In this document: positions 23,490 to 23,905 of the stretch, piece after piece
Numbering within the stretch: the stretch's first letter is position 1
Layout of the letters: every line of letters starts with the position of its first letter
DNA from: Candidatus Altarchaeum sp.
Lineage (GTDB): Archaea > Altiarchaeota > Altiarchaeia > Altiarchaeales > Altiarchaeaceae
Assembly (NCBI GenBank): GCA_018260615.1
Contig: JAGWDQ010000114.1
Location: 3,672-27,576 of the forward strand
Length of the DNA: 23,905 nucleotides
Direction: 5' to 3'
Program-made: the position numbers and the translations under genes
The notes under the pieces: generated by a model
Database searches by the model: none
Seen by the model: only the letters and a program-made list of their open reading frames with translations
Told to the model about the DNA's origin: nothing

Positions 23490-23575
23490 TCACCTCATTA
23501 TCATTCGGAGATTTTAAAAACTCTGTTTTTAAAATCGCAAAGATTTTAAAAATCTCCGAACGAAGTGAGGTGACA
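23490..23575. repeat. Palindromic (head-to-head) doublet of the TCACCTCACTTCGTTCGGAG module, REPIN-like
   Basis: Left arm TCACCTCATTATCATTCGGAGATTTTAAAAA (23490..23520) and right arm TTTTAAAAATCTCCGAACGAAGTGAGGTGA (23544..23573). The reverse complement of 23549..23575 is identical to 3694..3720 (27/27). Confidence 0.85.
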
Positions 23576-23669
23576 AAATGTTTTGAACATTTTGTAAATG
23601 CACGAGCAACACGAGTGTATTTTTTGGGTGGCGGAATAGTTACTAAATTTCATCATTTCTTTTTAAAAT

Positions 23670-23858
23670 TTATTTTAAAACATTCAAACTATTTGAATCC
23701 TCCGAACGAACTGCTGTTATTTCTTTATAAATTTCCGCAACATTTTCTATATCTTTACCTTCCAAAATTTTCTGCAATTTTCCCTGATATAATATTCCAA
23801 CCCTGCTTGCTATATCCTCAACCTCTCCGAGAATATGGGATGAATAAAATGTAACTTC
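23670..23858 (-). pseudogene. 3' fragment of an ABC transporter ATP-binding gene (H-loop region), disrupted upstream
   Basis: Minus-strand frame reads EVTFYSSHILGEVEDIASRVGILYQGKLQKILEGKDIENVAEIYKEIT...VLK*, which matches the ABC H-loop pattern SSH.L.EVE....RV.I...GK. An in-frame TGA lies immediately upstream and a TAA further up. It is not in the supplied ORF track because it lacks a start codon. Confidence 0.7.
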
Positions 23859-23905
23859 TCAATAAGTTGTGGTAAATAAATTTTGTAACTGCTCATTTTA
23901 TAAAA

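Noticed and set aside
23420-23854. 144-aa plus-strand ORF
   Set aside because: Runs through the palindromic repeat and antisense to the ABC fragment, has Phe/Leu/Lys-rich composition typical of AT-rich non-coding DNA, and shows no recognisable motif.
23859-23861. Selenocysteine or other readthrough of the TGA upstream of the ABC fragment
   Set aside because: A second in-frame stop (TAA) lies further upstream and the position is not a conserved Cys site.

Overview
AT-rich archaeal chromosomal window (archaeal RadA, short archaeal-type AspRS, intronless tRNA-Thr without encoded CCA). An Altiarchaeota-like host is plausible but unverified. Housekeeping genes (PHP hydrolase, IMPase/FBPase, radA, pyrG, two CBS proteins, aspS, eno) alternate with accessory genes: a transmembrane-STAND NTPase-TPR gene flanked by a duplicated piece of the PHP gene, a hicBA toxin-antitoxin pair, a CfrBI-like type II R-M system overlapping pyrG, a two-gene surface-protein locus, and a Schlafen/AlbA_2-HATPase-HTH gene followed by gene relics. 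The standout coding feature is a divergent 443-aa tubulin/FtsZ-superfamily GTPase that mixes tubulin-type and FtsZ-type motifs. Intergenic DNA carries at least three kinds of small repeat: (i) a TCACCTCACTTCGTTCGGAG head plus AT-rich hairpin module, (ii) elements bounded by CACAC(GG/AA)AG inverted arms that enclose hairpin modules, and (iii) two tandem MITE-like units with TAACTATTCA terminal inverted repeats. No transposase, integrase or CRISPR array was seen. All calls come from reading the sequence and from recalled family motifs; no database searches were run.
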